DNA of 64,000 nt from Octopus sinensis. Taxonomy: Eukaryota. The DNA is taken from NCBI RefSeq assembly GCF_006345805.1, contig NC_043006.1:87606001-87670000 (forward strand). Reading direction: 5' to 3'. This document shows positions 10,160 to 25,480 of this stretch, piece by piece. Numbering within the stretch: position 1 is the first letter of the stretch; each line of letters starts with the position of its first letter. Both the position numbers and the translations under genes were made by a program. A model generated the notes under the pieces. The model ran no database searches. It saw only the letters and a program-made list of their open reading frames with translations, and was not told where the DNA came from.

Positions 10160-13100
10160 ATATTCACATTACAATAATTAATAAATAATTTGAACATATA
10201 ATTTCTGATTTAAATAAATTTCAATGATTATGTGTCTGTTTACTTCTGTTATGTCTGTGTAGATGTGAATCAAATTTCTTAACCACACATCTATATCTTG
10301 TATGTCTTTATAGATATTGTAATTATTAAGTCATCACTATGTTCTTTTTGTTGTTGTTCTTATTTAGCCTCTCCCTGGTCCACTCTGATCTATTATCATA
10401 TTTATTATCTATTATCATATGTGTTCCATTTTCTCCCATCCTATCTTTCTTAATATAATGTTTTATTAAAAAAAAAAACACTGCTGCATCATGTCTTAAC
10501 AAAAGGAAGGACACACGTAAATGTGACTTGGAGAAAATTCGCCTCCCTTATCAGCTTGACTATATTCATCATTGTATCAGGGGTGTTTTACCATATGAAA
10601 TTACTGTCTGATACTAAACAATCTCTCTAGAATCAGTGACATGATAAAATGCACCCAGAACACATTCTAAATTAATCAGTGGTAAGAAAGGCATCCAGGT
10701 ACAGAAACCATGCTGAAAATGGAGGATAAGTGTGAGATATGGCAGGTAACCAATCTAGGAATCAATATAGAGTAGGGAGGACTCTCTAACTGAACAATCA
10801 CTTTATCCAACCCTTACCATTATCGGAAAAAAATAGTATAAAAATATTGATGATGATGATGATAATTTGAAACACTTCATGAAAAAATTATTCCATCTGT
10901 AACATGAAATGTAGCAATTATTTTCACACATTGAGCTACAATATATATATATCTGTTGTAATTCTAAAAATACAACAAAAATAAACTGGAATCGATTTAT
11001 GACAAGTCTTCATTTATACCAATATTATATTGCTGTAGAATGTGTGAGTCTCAACATATTTATCAGATCTGATAGAAATAGCAACCAAATTGCTCTCAAA
11101 TTGCTCCTTATTATCTTAAAAAGGGAGAACCATTAGACAAAGTAGTTCTAAAAAGAAATAACTCCTATAAGTATGACAAAATGGTTATAGTTGAAACACT
11201 TGATTAGAGGTCAGCTCAAAAGGGCTAACCCAGGGTTAAACAACAAAAAAAAAGTCACGTTTCACATATGTCTAATTTCATAGAAAGAGAACCTCTTTTT
11301 TAAGACTAGAGACAACAATTCTCCCAGTTACTTTAAACTTAACCCCTTTATATCCACAAGTAATGATATTCTCCATATAATAGAACTTATATAAACCATT
11401 CAGGTAGCTCATGCTGGTTAATACACAATTGTTTAATCTATTTATAATTTCAGTGTATCTAGTGCACGTAATTTTTCCATAATTCTAAACATACTTCATT
11501 AAACATTAAACCAGTTTGCAGTTTCTTATTTGTCCATTACTGTATCTAATCTGTCTACACATCCATTCTTCCTTTAAACTAACCAGCTGGCTTACTATAA
11601 AAAAAAATATTCTTATCTGGCTATATCTTTATCAATCTAGCTGCCAATCCATTTATCTACTTTTTTTTTCTTTCTCCATCTACATGCAATCTCTCTCTGT
11701 TTTCTATCTATATCTAATCAACTGCCACTCAAATTATTTATCAATAGATGCAGCTGCCCCCTCTCTCTCTCTCTCTCTCTCTCAATTTATTGATTCATAC
11801 ATTTAGTCATGTCTTACATCATTTAACTCTGAGTTTATCCAGTTCTCACTCATCTTAGTCTAAATCTAAAAGCAAGCCATCTGGCAGATCTTCAACAATT
11901 CAGTTACCAAAACATGCCAACCACTGTCCCCTACCAAAATTCTATTTCTTCTGTGTCTTTAATTCTCTCTGACCCAGCAAGTTGCACACAAACTTGAATC
12001 CAACTCACCAGATTCACATGTATCTCTTCCTCCCATTATCTTTAGTGTACCTCAGCTTGACCCCAGATTTCACACTAAATACTTTGCTGAAAGTTTTTTC
12101 TCATTCAGTGCTTAAAATCCTTGGAACCAACATACAGATTCTCCAAGCTGAAAGCCCAGTTTCAGTTCTGATTAAGCAGACCTTAGATAAAAAGTGCTCC
12201 AGGGTGTGATCATCCTGTCTTTTTGTATGTTTATGACATTGATTTGAAGAAGATTTAGATGTTACAGACCATACAAAAAGTCTCTACACTGGCATCAAGT
12301 AACAAATGTCCCAACAGAACATCCCTTTCATCCACATCTCTGTCTGGCTGCCAGCTCCCATACACACCTACTAATTAACAATCTGTCACTTAGGCACAAA
12401 CCCACATATCCTGAGGTGGGTAGGAGGTATGTAAGGATTTATAGTTGGTTGCATAGTTCTTCTTTCTCCGATATTTAACTAATATTTATTTTAGTGGCCC
12501 CTGAATAGTAAAACATGACCTCATCGGCATTTGAACTCAGAACCTAAAGAGACAAGACTAAATACCATAAGTCACATCATGTTTTCTACTCAAACAGTTC
12601 ACTGATTCTGTCACTGTTCTCTCACTAAAGGCTGATGATGATAATAATAATAATAACAATAATAATAACAACAACAATAACAATGATAAGTAGAGCATTA
12701 ATAATAAAACTGTTTATCTGCCTAACTGGTGGGTTTTCTGTCTGTACCATCATACGACTCAATGTCATTGATTTATTGAAATAATTCATGGAGTCTTCTG
12801 TGCACAACAGTTTTTATTGCACTATTTACATTGCAAGGAATTAAATGAAATCAGATAAACTTCTTTAAACTCACTTGTCAGTTTATCAATAATAAAGTAA
12901 GTGTATAACAGGAACTATACAGTTTGAGATGATCAACCAGCTACTTTCTTTCTCTCTCCCTCTCTTTCTGACATACACACATACACATGTACACAGATAT
13001 GCACTCACACACACATACACATAAGCATATATGTGTATATACAAAGTATGGGAAAGGAAGGGAAATTTATTTAAAGGATAAAGAATGTGAGACAGATAGA

Positions 13101-14476
13101 CAAAAAGAGAGAGAGAAACAAAATTCAAGACATAAATAAAGGATAAAAGATAGATAATTGTGAAAAATAGCTCTCTCTAATGAATCTACTGTTTATATTT
13201 TAAATATCAATAAGTGTAGTCATAAATTTTCAACTTAATAGCAGTTCAAGAAAGGAAAATTAATAACAAAGAATAAAATGAACAGTAAACATTAGAGTTT
13301 AATGAAATAATCAGTAATTATTAACAAAATAACTTAGTGGACTTAGTAATTCACTGGTATAAGTGTCTGCATGAGTGTATGTGTGATAGGAAAGAAAAAA
13401 TATGAATGTGTATCTGTATATATGTTTGTGTGTGCAGTGAATGAAATCTGTTGGTGAAGACAAAAGTTGCCACTGTCAAAAAGAAAGTATTTATATTGCA
13501 ATGTATAGTGCTCAAGACGAAGCAGAAATCAGCTTCCTCCATGATTCATACATCGTACATGAAATTAAAATCGCAGATAGTTTTTATCATGATAATGGAC
13601 TAGTTATCATAGTTATTATTAATGTACATGTAACTTATTTATTCTGTAAGCATTCTGCAATTTCTTTAAGAATACAGGTTTCTTGTGAGTAATGGTTATA
13701 ACTCAATGCTGCTCCTGACTCCTGTAATTCCCTGTATCAATTATAACACAAAATTAATGAGATATTTACATTTATAGACAAAGTAACTCACTTCAGACAT
13801 ATAATTCATAACCTGGCTTCAAAGTTCTCACTTAGATTTTCTCTACTTCCAGCCAATAAACAAATTTCCCATAATGCATCTCAATACTACACTGATGCCT
13901 CAACCAGAAGTGTCTTTGACACAACAATATCTACTTCCCATTCTACTTAAAACAATGGAAGAGAAATAAGCATTGCCAGGTGTTTTCAATCCATTCAATA
14001 GCACAGTCTCTACACAACTCAAAACTTCCTTAAACTCTTTAAAAACATTTCCCTTTAAATTGGAGATGTCACTATATCTTTAATAAAGATGGTATACCTC
14101 AACTTCAAACTTTGACCATAATTTAGCCTTTTCTAACACATCTTAGCTTAGATCTAGTGAAACTAGTAAATGATATTGTGCCAGTCTCTGAAACTGTACA
14201 GATATCAAAAACTGTTCTCTGGAATCTATTTGGTTAAAGGCATAATGTACCAATGTTTAGTTACTACTAACAATAATTCTAAAGTTTATCCTTTTAAATC
14301 TAGATTTTATTATTACATGCATTCTTTTAAAAACTCTGACAGGCATAAATTGAGAATTCAGCACACTTCATTAAAACAGAATCCAATATTCTTCCAAGTA
14401 AGAGGGAATATACTTTATATAAAGCATACATGGGAACAATAATCTCTGCATTCTTTGCACTATGAAGATCTACCAA

Positions 14477-14806
14477 ATCATCATCATCATCATCATCATC
14501 ATTTAACGCCCGTTTTCCATGCTAGCATGGGTTGGACGGTTCAACCGCAGTCTGGTAAGCCATGGAGGCTGCACCAGGCTCCAGTCTGATTTGGCAGTAT
14601 TTCTACAGCTGGATGCCCTTCATAATGCCAAACACTCCGTGAGTGTAGTGGGTGCTTTTACATGTCACCGACACGGACGCCAGTCAGGCGGCGCTAGTAT
14701 ATGCCACGTTTGGATGGTGCTTGTTGGTGCTTTTACATGTCACCGACATGGACGCCAGTCAGGCAGAGCTAGTATCTACCACGTTTGGACGGTGCTTTTT
14801 ACGTGC
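14477..14806 (-). mobile_element. RTE-3'UTR-type repeat with internal duplication
   Basis: Family signature; GGTGCTTTTACATGTCACCGACA block present twice. Confidence 0.8.
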
Positions 14807-17800
14807 TTTTTTTTATGCTAAAATTACATTATGCAACTACCATTCAGGAAAAATTCTTTTTCACACTATTGACAACTGCCTGTATCTTTATATGGAGGTG
14901 TCTATTTAAGTGTCTCAAAGTTTGTATTATTTCATTCATTCATATGCCACATATCTATCGCAATTCATCTATCATAGTATTCTATTCTTAACATTTTTGC
15001 AGTTAATAAATTCATCAACTCTGTTTTTTGCATTCTTGCATTTTTTTTCCTCTTGTGTTGATGGCATTGTTTTGTTTTGAATCAATTATCATACTGATCA
15101 ACTTACATTTACATTTCAGTTTTGTTTCATTGTAACTCATCAATCCAATCAATTTCATCCGATAACACACACACACACATATATATACACTCGAGAGTAT
15201 GATTAAATAGTGGGGATGAAGTTAACTGAGTAATGATGAAAATTGCATTATGCTTATTATAAGTTGATGTAAGTTGCAGTGTCACTTGTGAAACCCTTAA
15301 TCAATAACTTCTCATGGTCATGCATCAGACTTTATTTGTCATAAATTTCTGGAAGATTACTTGTTATTTGCATTATATTCTGAAATGACTAACCCATAAT
15401 TCAAACTAGAGACATGTTGATGGATCACCTACAGCAGTTCCTCTGCTTCCAACTTTCAATTCCCTCATTAATCTGTTAAATTTCTTCCCCCCTTATCATG
15501 TATATCCAACAAAAAGCTGAAGCAAAGAATACCTCCCACATGATCTGGAGGTTGTCGCTCACCTTGGAGACTTTTTACCCACTGATACTATTCTGAAAAA
15601 CTAAGACATTATACAACCTGCAAGATCTCCCACATACAAATTACAAAATAAACTTCAAATCTCTTGCCAAGAATATGTCTTTACTCTACCAAATGTTACT
15701 ACTCACCATTTCTAAACCAAGAGGAATTAAGCAGCACAACTTCTAAAAAAGACTCAACATTCCCAGCCAACTTTGCTTTGACCTTCATACAGAATAATCT
15801 CAGTAATACTCATTTCTATCTCCCCTTCTCTATCTACACAGTTCTACCTGCTTTTTCACATGAAATTAAAAAATTGATCAGGCTAACCTTTCATCACCCT
15901 CAAACTGAAGATTCAGTGATTTAAACATGATGTAACAAAATTGTAAACAGTCAACAGTTTTTGTTACTTAACTGAGTTGAAAATTTCAAGTGGAGACCAA
16001 TGAGGTGAAATAGAGAGAATGTTGATGAAACTTCATCTCTACATGTGCAATACCTCCAGTATAGCAATGTAACTGATCTTATCTTCAGCAAAATCAGCAA
16101 CTGCATCTAGTTGATCTTTATCACTTAGACAGGGGTGAGGCAGCATTGATAACCTTCACATGCAATCTACAAGAGGGAGTATCAATAATATTCAAATGCC
16201 GTTCATCTGTATGAGGCAGAGCCAATAATTTTCACATGCCACCTGAGATCAATATAGCTGATATTCAATCTTAATTTAAACTTTGGTCAGTTGATGATCA
16301 GGGAAAACAAGAATGGTGTGAGAGTTCACACTGTGAGAAGGAAGGATTGAGCAAGCACTCATTATATGATCTGGAGGGTAAGACTGATTATAAGAGAGGT
16401 GAGGCATGTGTCAAGCAGGTCTGAGTGGAAGTGGCATAAATCTGACAAGATCAGTCTTGTCAAAGAAATGATGACTGCTTTAGTGCATTTGCCAAGAGGA
16501 AATGCATCCAATATGCTCTGAAAGTGTTATATCAAGAGAACCCTTTAGTCCTGCTGAGGATATGAGAAGCTTTCCTATGCTAGTGTCACAATAAAATGCT
16601 TTCAGGACAATTTGTATAGAGGTTAGTGTTAAGAAAGAAATCCAGCTATAGAAACCAGGACAAAAATGAAATGTTTGGGCAAAACATGGTCCTCAAAGCT
16701 GTCAAGGTTTTCTGTGTAAAAATTGACTGGGACATTGAAAACCTGAACAACCCATGCCAGAATGGAATATAAACATCTGATGATGGTAATATGAATGAAA
16801 AATCATAAACAAGTAAAAGTCATAGAAAGAATCCCATGGAAAGAACAATGTTTGATGAAAGGGTATTAGTTTACTGTTTGGAAGAATTGAATGTCTTTTA
16901 TGTTTTGGACATTGTATTTTTCAGAAAGAATAGAAAGCAGAAAAGGAAGACAGAAAGGCTAAAAGCCAGAGGAGAATGGTACATTTTGAGATGAAGTAAA
17001 GGAAAGATGTGGGGGTGAGTGTCTTGATAATTGTATGTTAGCGTAAAAGTTTGTAGAAACAAGACAAGCTCTGGGTCCTTGTGGAAGAGGGAAATAGAAC
17101 ATTCAGCTTTGCTAACCAAACAAAAGGTTTTGTGTGAAGTGGTTGGTGGAGCAAAAATGTCAAGGAGCAGATGACTCACTGCCTCTGAATTACTCAGCAA
17201 ACTTATCAGACAGTTGACAGTCAACTGACAGCCCAATATACATTGAATTACAAAAGTACATTTAGGCATATACATAAGGTTCTGTTGACGTGCAACAGAA
17301 GGAGTCCTTCTGTAGAAGTGGTGGTGGTTAGGTCTCACGAGGGTGGTGATGTGGAAGGAAAGAGCAAGTGTGACAACAGAGATGGGAGCAGAGGATGAAC
17401 TAATGTATTGTGAACTTATGCACACAATACACATTAAGCATAAATATAGAATACAACTGAGAATTTCAGAAATGTGTTTGCCCACGCACGTGTGTGCATG
17501 TGTGTGTGTGTGTGTGTACACATGCACAGATAAAAAAGGATTTCTATGTAGGCGTGGATTCCATCCAGAATATACAAAGATTGCCATCCATGTGTTCATC
17601 TGTGATTCTGATACATTTAAAGGTCTCTAAGCTCAGACCTTGTCTTTCACTCCAGTGTTATTTATAGGTTTAATAGCCTTACTGCATAAAAATATTTCTT
17701 GCTAATATCAACAGAAAGCATCTCAAGTAAAAGAAACTATTTTCTGGTCAGAGCTCTGCTAGAGATGATGGAATTTGTTTTGGCCTCAGAACATAAACAG

Positions 17801-18864
17801 AAATGTATACATAAAAAGCATAATACTCATGCTGTCACATGGTTCATAAGTATCGTAATTTCCTGAGAAATAGGACCATGAATGAAATGGAAAGGATTGG
17901 AAGTTGTTAGAAAGGATTGCTTGAATAGAAAAATTGGGAAGGTATGTCTTCACAGCCTACACTCTATGAGGAGTTGGAAGTCTAAGAAGACCATAGTTTC
18001 AAGAATAAGGGCTTACACAAATGAATTGAATCTTGAGATGTATTCTCTCTAATAGATTCAGACTGTGCAAAATATAAATAAACAGCTGATAAATTTGTGG
18101 CAGGGTACATGCCCAAGAAGAAACAATCTATCTTAAGAAGTCTTTACACGGAAACTTCAATCTATTAAACATCACCTCACCATTGTAGCACTGAAAAATG
18201 GTTGTAAATATGTATAAGCAAATATTTGTGTGTGTATTGGTGTATATTTCTGAAACAGTTTAGTTTTTAATCAATGGATAAATGAAATGTTTTTATAGCT
18301 ATACACAGCTATCTCTGCCTGATGAAAAGGTAAGTAACTAATCTTAGATAACTCAAGCTGCTATCCTTTTTCAATAGGTTAATTATAGATTTGAAACATT
18401 AGTCAAGCTAATTATGGTCTTAAATACATAATAGTTTAGCAACAACCACCAATCAATAATGCTAATAGATTTCTTAGATTTAATGTTAGAGTTGACACAA
18501 AAATACTGGACAAAGTAAACAAATTCACAATCAAGCTGTAACAGATATAAATTAGCACCTCTTTAACAATGATCTGATTAAATTTAGATAAGTAATACTC
18601 TTCCTTTTTTTTTCTTTTTTCTTTGTAACATCAAAAGTTAACTTTGATTAAATCTTAAATCCTTTGTAAATAATTAGTTTAACATCACTACCTCCATGTC
18701 ACTATTCTACCCTTCCCCCTACAATCTCTTGACCAATCAAATTCTGACAATTACTTTCCTACAAGTTTAGGTACTATAAATGTAAATATGCCAATAAATT
18801 ATAGATACCACTAGTGGTTATATTAGGTTCACCAATAACTATATTTATCTTATGTCAGAGATTT

Positions 18865-18990
18865 ACTTCCTCAAATATAAAATCTGTTATTAAATCTCTC
18901 CATGGTAAAGCATTTCCAATATGCTCTGACTCAAAACTATTTAACATGGTAACTACTAGAATCAAAGTGATTTTAATAAGTGGATATTAA
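18865..18990 (+). mobile_element. Degenerate Penelope-like RT thumb-region fragment
   Basis: Translates TSSNIKSVIKSLHGKAFPICSDSKLFNMVTTRIKVILISGY, resembling the PLE KxSVIxSLxxRAxxICS...LxxNGY segment. Confidence 0.45.
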
Positions 18991-19197
18991 CATAGTCATT
19001 GGTAAGCACTACTGCATAGTTCAAGCAGAAAGCTCTAACACAGAATGTCTAGCACCAAACATCCATATAAACAACATATTTATTAGAAGAAAAAAATAAA
19101 CAAGAAAAAGAAACCAAACTCATATTACAGCTCTAATAAAAACTAACCCCTCATGCATTAACACTAATAACAAACAATACACTGAAATCATTTATTT

Positions 19198-19201
<4 letters not shown>

Positions 19202-19255
<54 letters not shown>

Positions 19256-19716
19256 TATATACATACATATATATATACACATATATATATATATACATAT
19301 TATATACATATATATATATATATACATATATATATACATATATATATATATACATATATATATACATATATATATATATACATATATATACATATATATA
19401 TATACATATATATAATATATATATATACATACATATATATATATATACATATATATATACATACATACATATATATATATATATACATATATATATACAT
19501 ACATATATATATCATATATATATATATACACACATATATATATATATACACACACACATATACATATATATATATACACACATATATATACATATATATA
19601 CATATATATACATATACATATATACATATACACATATATACATATACATATATATATACATATATATATACATATATATATATACATATTATATATATAT
19701 ATATATATACATATAA

Positions 19717-19798
<82 letters not shown>

Positions 19799-19823
19799 CA
19801 TATAATATATATATATATATAAC

Positions 19824-19854
<31 letters not shown>

Positions 19855-19855
19855 C

Positions 19856-19948
<93 letters not shown>

Positions 19949-20059
19949 CATATATATATATACATATATATATACATATATATATATATAACATATATAT
20001 ATACATATATATATACATATATATACATATATATATATATACATATTATATATATATAC

Positions 20060-20092
<33 letters not shown>

Positions 20093-20171
20093 CATATATA
20101 CATATATATTACATATATATATATATACATATATACATATATATATATATATACATATATATATAATATAC

Positions 20172-20202
<31 letters not shown>

Positions 20203-20203
20203 C

Positions 20204-20236
<33 letters not shown>

Positions 20237-20237
20237 C

Positions 20238-20283
<46 letters not shown>

Positions 20284-20430
20284 ATATATATATATATACA
20301 TATATATATACATATATATATATATATACATATATATATACATATATATATATACATATATATATATATACATATATATATACATATACATATATACATA
20401 TATACATATATATATATATACATATATATA
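19202..20430. repeat. ~1.2-kb interrupted (TA)n/(TACA)n microsatellite
   Basis: Directly visible; source of the IY/YI ORFs. Confidence 0.97.
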
Positions 20431-22329
20431 TGCATTCATTCCATCCAGCCCGTGTCAGCATAGAACATGGGCATTCAATGAGTGTGTGTGTGAGAGAGTG
20501 AGAGACAGACAGACAGACGGACAGAGAAAGCTGTTAAAAATACTAACTGCTAATAACCACATACAACCAATATAGTTGTCAGATTATTATGGCTGCCTAG
20601 TTGTGGCCAAACGTAAATATGTAAAGAGCTAACTTCTCATACATTTTCAAGTAATAGCTTTAAAATTATTCTCTAATAACGTAGCATTAAAGTTAGCAAA
20701 AACAAAAGAAATTACTTCCAAGCTATCAGAAATCCACAAAACTTGAAAGAATTTTATAAATAAGAATGAAGAGCTTACTCTTATATATTTAGATAAATTA
20801 TTCTCTACATATTGCCATCATGAACCATTCAAGCAAATGAATAATTATCTAAAATCCCTTTTTAACTATAACTATATAGATGTGAAAGCGATTTCTTAAA
20901 AATAGTTTTAAGATTTATCTTGTTGATGTATATATTAACAATTAAAATTTTTCTTGAGGTAACATTACAGTTTTGATTTATAATAAACGTATTTATTATG
21001 CCTACAGCATATTGTACAACTTATTCATGAACAATCTATATTTATACCATTAGATATTTCAAAAGAAAATCATTTTGTCTTCCCAACCCCTTCATCCAAA
21101 TGATGGGAATCACTGATTTAGAGCTGTCAAATGTTAACAGATGAAGCAGCAAGCAATGAATACCATCAGCTCAGGAAATGCAACAACTTGTACAAGTGTT
21201 CTAACTCACAGTCATACATCAAGACATGGTCCTTGAAATATACAATTCTAATTAATAATGGAGAGCACAAATATATACAGCAACATTTGCACACTAACAC
21301 ATAGTGACACATACATACATATATACACCACACTCACACAGTAATATACACATATACATAAATACATGCAACAATACACATACATATACACAAATACATC
21401 TATCAATACAGACCCACACACACAAATACATACAGAATACACACACACATATGCAGAGATAGTTTCAGCAATTTGTGCACACACTTAAATATATGCAGTA
21501 ACGTATATAACCATATATGGCATATAGTTACACATTCACTATTATAGTTATATATAATATAAAAACACACATATTCCTAAACCAACAAAGGAACCTTCAC
21601 GTAGACACCCATCTACTGGAACTAGTAACCAAATCTCCTTCAAATCCCTTTCTGCCAGCTTAGATACAGAAAATACACAATTGGTTTGTATAGATACAGG
21701 GATATTTTTTTAATAAGATGTGGTAGCCATAGCTGGAATGTCTTTAGCCATAAGTATGCTTCTTCATCAAAGAGTAACCAACAACCACAATATTCATTCT
21801 GCTTCAATATTTTTCATCTAGACGAATTATATTGTTTGTATTCTCAATTTTAATTATTTTCTCAGCAGCTTAACTTTTGAAAAAGTTATGTTTTTATAGA
21901 AATAAAATAAAAAGAGCTCATTTGTTATCATGCTATAAGATGCAGCACCCAGTATTCCAGACAAGATACCTTTTCTCTTCTGAAGAAGGATAGTTTATAT
22001 TTGGTCTCTTCACAGATGTATTATTTCAAGGATCCCTCAATATGCAACACTTCAGTTTTATTTATTGCTAGCTTTTCAGTTCTAAACATTCAGAACTTTC
22101 TGGCCTTGTGTCCATATTAATAACACTGTATAAGAAAATTTTTACATTTTGTTGTCTTTCATTAGTGTGCTATTTCTAATTTGCTTCTATTTCAAAATCA
22201 AAAGAAATTACTAATATTCCCTTCAAACTCTGCTTTCGTGGCCTGTACATCAATGTTTTGAAACTGACCTATTTTCCATTACATTTCAGACAGATTTAGT
22301 ACCGAGTTACTGAAGCAGAAATACCGTTA

Positions 22330-22460
22330 TAGCAAATATTCTGCTCAATTCCACAGCTTGAGCATGTCCTTTGGTGGCTGACAATTTGTGCATCTCTGAT
22401 CATGAGCAGAAGTAGTAGGGAATCATCATAGCCATGTGTTGGTAAGAATTCTTTGGAATT
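22330..22460 (+). mobile_element. Diverged internal fragment of the AAT-flanked 554-bp repeat
   Basis: GAGCATGTCC...GTGCATCTCTGATCATGAGCAGAAGTAGT...CATAGCCATGTGTTG matches 59620-60173. Confidence 0.7.
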
Positions 22461-23932
22461 TAAATAAATGTAACAAAAGTATAGTCTAAAGAAAATATTA
22501 GTCATTTTTCATACTTTCTGGGGGTAAATAAATAGGAAATAACAGTTACTACCCAAGGACAAAAATCGTGTAATTAATTTTAGTGTCCTGGACATCATAT
22601 CTAGTTATGCTTTCTTAGGTTCTGAATTCAGTTCCTGATAAACTTGAATAGCTTTTTGTATTTCCAGTTCTTTTTTAAATAAGTACTAGTCATGATGGAT
22701 TAAATTAGCTATACCATTCTGTAAAAATTTTAAAAAATTTCTGTCCCTAAATCTACATTAGAAAATTAACTAAAAAATTATAGGAATAGTGATTTCTTAC
22801 AAAAACATGATATTGAATTCACATACTATACTCTGCACTCCCATACACATAAAGACATGTGCATATACATGTATACACAATTCTGTGCATATACAAGCAC
22901 ATACACATAAATGCAGTTCTACATGCAGACATACATATGCATACACAAATATTACGTCATGCAACTGAATGAAACAATTACATATGCATTACATGATGTG
23001 TCACAAAATAACTCGTAATTTGGTATGGCATGAAAGAAAAAGCAAAAACTGAAATACAAGGTTTAGTGACAAAAAAGGACATCTGGTTGCAAAACAACAC
23101 TTCAGTAATGATTTTGTCAAACCATGCGAGTATGGAAAAAACTAATGTAAAGCATAAATGGAGAATAAGGTCGATTTGATGAAGGAGAATTATAATTAAT
23201 TACATCACCTCTAATAAGAAATTATATTCCTATTACATATTTTATTGGTGTTTTTTTCCCTTTTAAAAAGCAAAGTGCAGAGTCAATACTGGCATCTCAT
23301 TACCATGAAACAAGGTACCTATTTCTTTGTCAATATAATGACCATGACGGTTAGCCTTTTAAACCTACGAGTACACTTTATTGGGCATGATTTCATTCAG
23401 CTCTCTCTTTGAAAGATACAAAAACAGTTTTGTATATTGTTAAAAGCTCCCTAATTGGCAGAAACAGTATTATTTTCAGACATAAACAGAAAACAGCATG
23501 GATGGCCACTGGAGCATCTTTCAGAGATTTTGTTGAACAAAAAACACACCAGCTGCAGCATACTCATGGGTTGAAAGGATTAATATTAATTTAGGAAATT
23601 TTTGTTATTCCCCCAAACTCTTTTGTTACTTTTTATGCTTAACATGCTCCACTGCTAATATTATCTTGTTTACTACCATAACATTGCTTATTGTATTTCT
23701 TTTTACATACAGAAATATGAACTAGCAAATACTGAGTGACAGCATTAATGATGGAATATCAAATTTGTTCTTACTAGATAAATACTTTAGGCCTCTTTGA
23801 TGCATCTTATTTAAACATAGTATCTTCGTGGCATTGGTCTAGTTGTTATTTCTAACTGTTTCACCAATATTATCCCCTTGACGATGTTGGATTTTCAAGC
23901 AACAGATATGGCAGCAGGATTCTCTCTCTTTC

Positions 23933-23977
<45 letters not shown>

Positions 23978-24429
23978 ACCATGCACACACTTACACACTA
24001 ACTATCTATCCTTTGATTGATGTATTCCAACACCAAACTAAGACTTTCCCTTTTAGTGAATTTCACCCTGCAGCATTCAAAATCAGTTACATCAGCCATC
24101 ATTATTAAGATACAAATTCTAGTACATCATCATCATCGTCGTCGTCATTCTACCATCCATTTTTCCATGCTCACAAAGGTCAGATGGAATTTGTTGAGGC
24201 AGATTCTCTAAGACTGGACACCCTTCTTGTCACCACCCCTCACAGTGTTTTCAGGTAAGGTAATATTTCACCATGACCAGACATGGTAGGTTAGAAATGA
24301 AGAATACTGCTTGTATGATAGTGATGTGCATTTAATACTATCACATAAATGTTGAGTAACACACACACACAACACACACACATATATGCACACATACAGT
24401 CAGTCACAAACATACATGTATACACACAC

Positions 24430-24570
24430 ACCTTCTTTCAGTTTTTGTCTTTCAAATCTACTGAGAATGCTTTGTGGAACCTGAGGCAGCTATAGTGGAA
24501 GACACTTGCCCAAGATTCAACACAATGGAACTGAACCCAAAATCATGTGGTTGGGAAGCAAACTTCTTAA
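24430..24570 (-). mobile_element. tRNA-derived SINE, partial
   Basis: GAAGACACTTGCCCAAG and GGAACTGAACCC reverse-complement the 4218 family. Confidence 0.6.
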
Positions 24571-25191
24571 CTACTCACTCACAAACAATCAGTCATGTGT
24601 ACAAAACGGGACTCTTTTGAACACTCACTGAAACAGAGTCATGAAAGGATATAAGATCACATTATTTATCCTGGAGACGTGCAGCCTATATAGGCCTACA
24701 TGTTCATTGCATACAATGTTCCAGTATAATGAGGCTAAATGCTAAAACAGGTAAGTTCATCTGAAATTCTTTGTAAATTCCTAAATATATATCTCCTTCT
24801 GTGTGTATATATATACTACCAAATATGACTGTTTTTGAACTAATACCTTTCTGTGTATATATATAGATACTTCCAAACAAACATGATTTTTAATGAAATC
24901 CTAATATATTTTTTTGAAATTTTTGTTTAATATTTTCTCAAGATATTTCATTGTAAACTGTTTTTAACATTTTCTTATTATCATCAAAGAATGTATATAT
25001 GTATTTTAATACTTTTGTGACAAGCAGTACTTAACACAACAAAACTTTTACAAAGCTTTACATTTTACTTTTGACAATCTTTTTCTAAAAAAGTGAAACT
25101 GGTCAAGTGAATAAACATCTTTAAAATTGCATTTTCAAACCTTCTTTCATATATATTTCCCCTTGGGCGGTACCTTACAATTTCACTTTGC

Positions 25192-25225
<34 letters not shown>

Positions 25226-25228
<3 letters not shown>

Positions 25229-25480
25229 CATCATCCTCATCACCATTATCATCAGCGTTTAACATCTGTTCTCCATGCTAACATGGGTTGGACGGTTCGA
25301 CCGGGGTCTGGGAAGCCAGGAGGCTGCACCAGGCTCCAGTCTGATCTGGCAGTGTTTCTACAGCTGGATACCCTTCCTAACGCCAACCACTCCATGAGTG
25401 TAGTGGGTGCTTTTTACATGCCACCAGCACAGGAGCCAGGAGGCTGGCAACATCCACTTTCAGATGGTGTTTTTTATGTG
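25226..25480 (-). mobile_element. RTE-3'UTR-type repeat
   Basis: Family signature. Confidence 0.8.

Noticed and set aside
15540-15720. Possible ancient LINE endonuclease remnant (LGDF..., QPARSPT); similar weak LINE-like traces at ~1280-1700
   Set aside because: Too degenerate to call without a profile search.
16898-17599. 233-aa minus-strand ORF
   Set aside because: No recognisable domain, crosses a (CA)n tract and a low-complexity tail, no convincing splice context.
18309-18329. Possible 21-nt microexon (LSLPDEK) with AAG|GTAAGT donor
   Set aside because: Splice-like motifs are expected by chance in 64 kb; no supporting gene context.
19188-20461. Long ORFs up to 421 aa (IY/YI repeats)
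   Set aside because: Artefacts of stop-free (TA)n frames.
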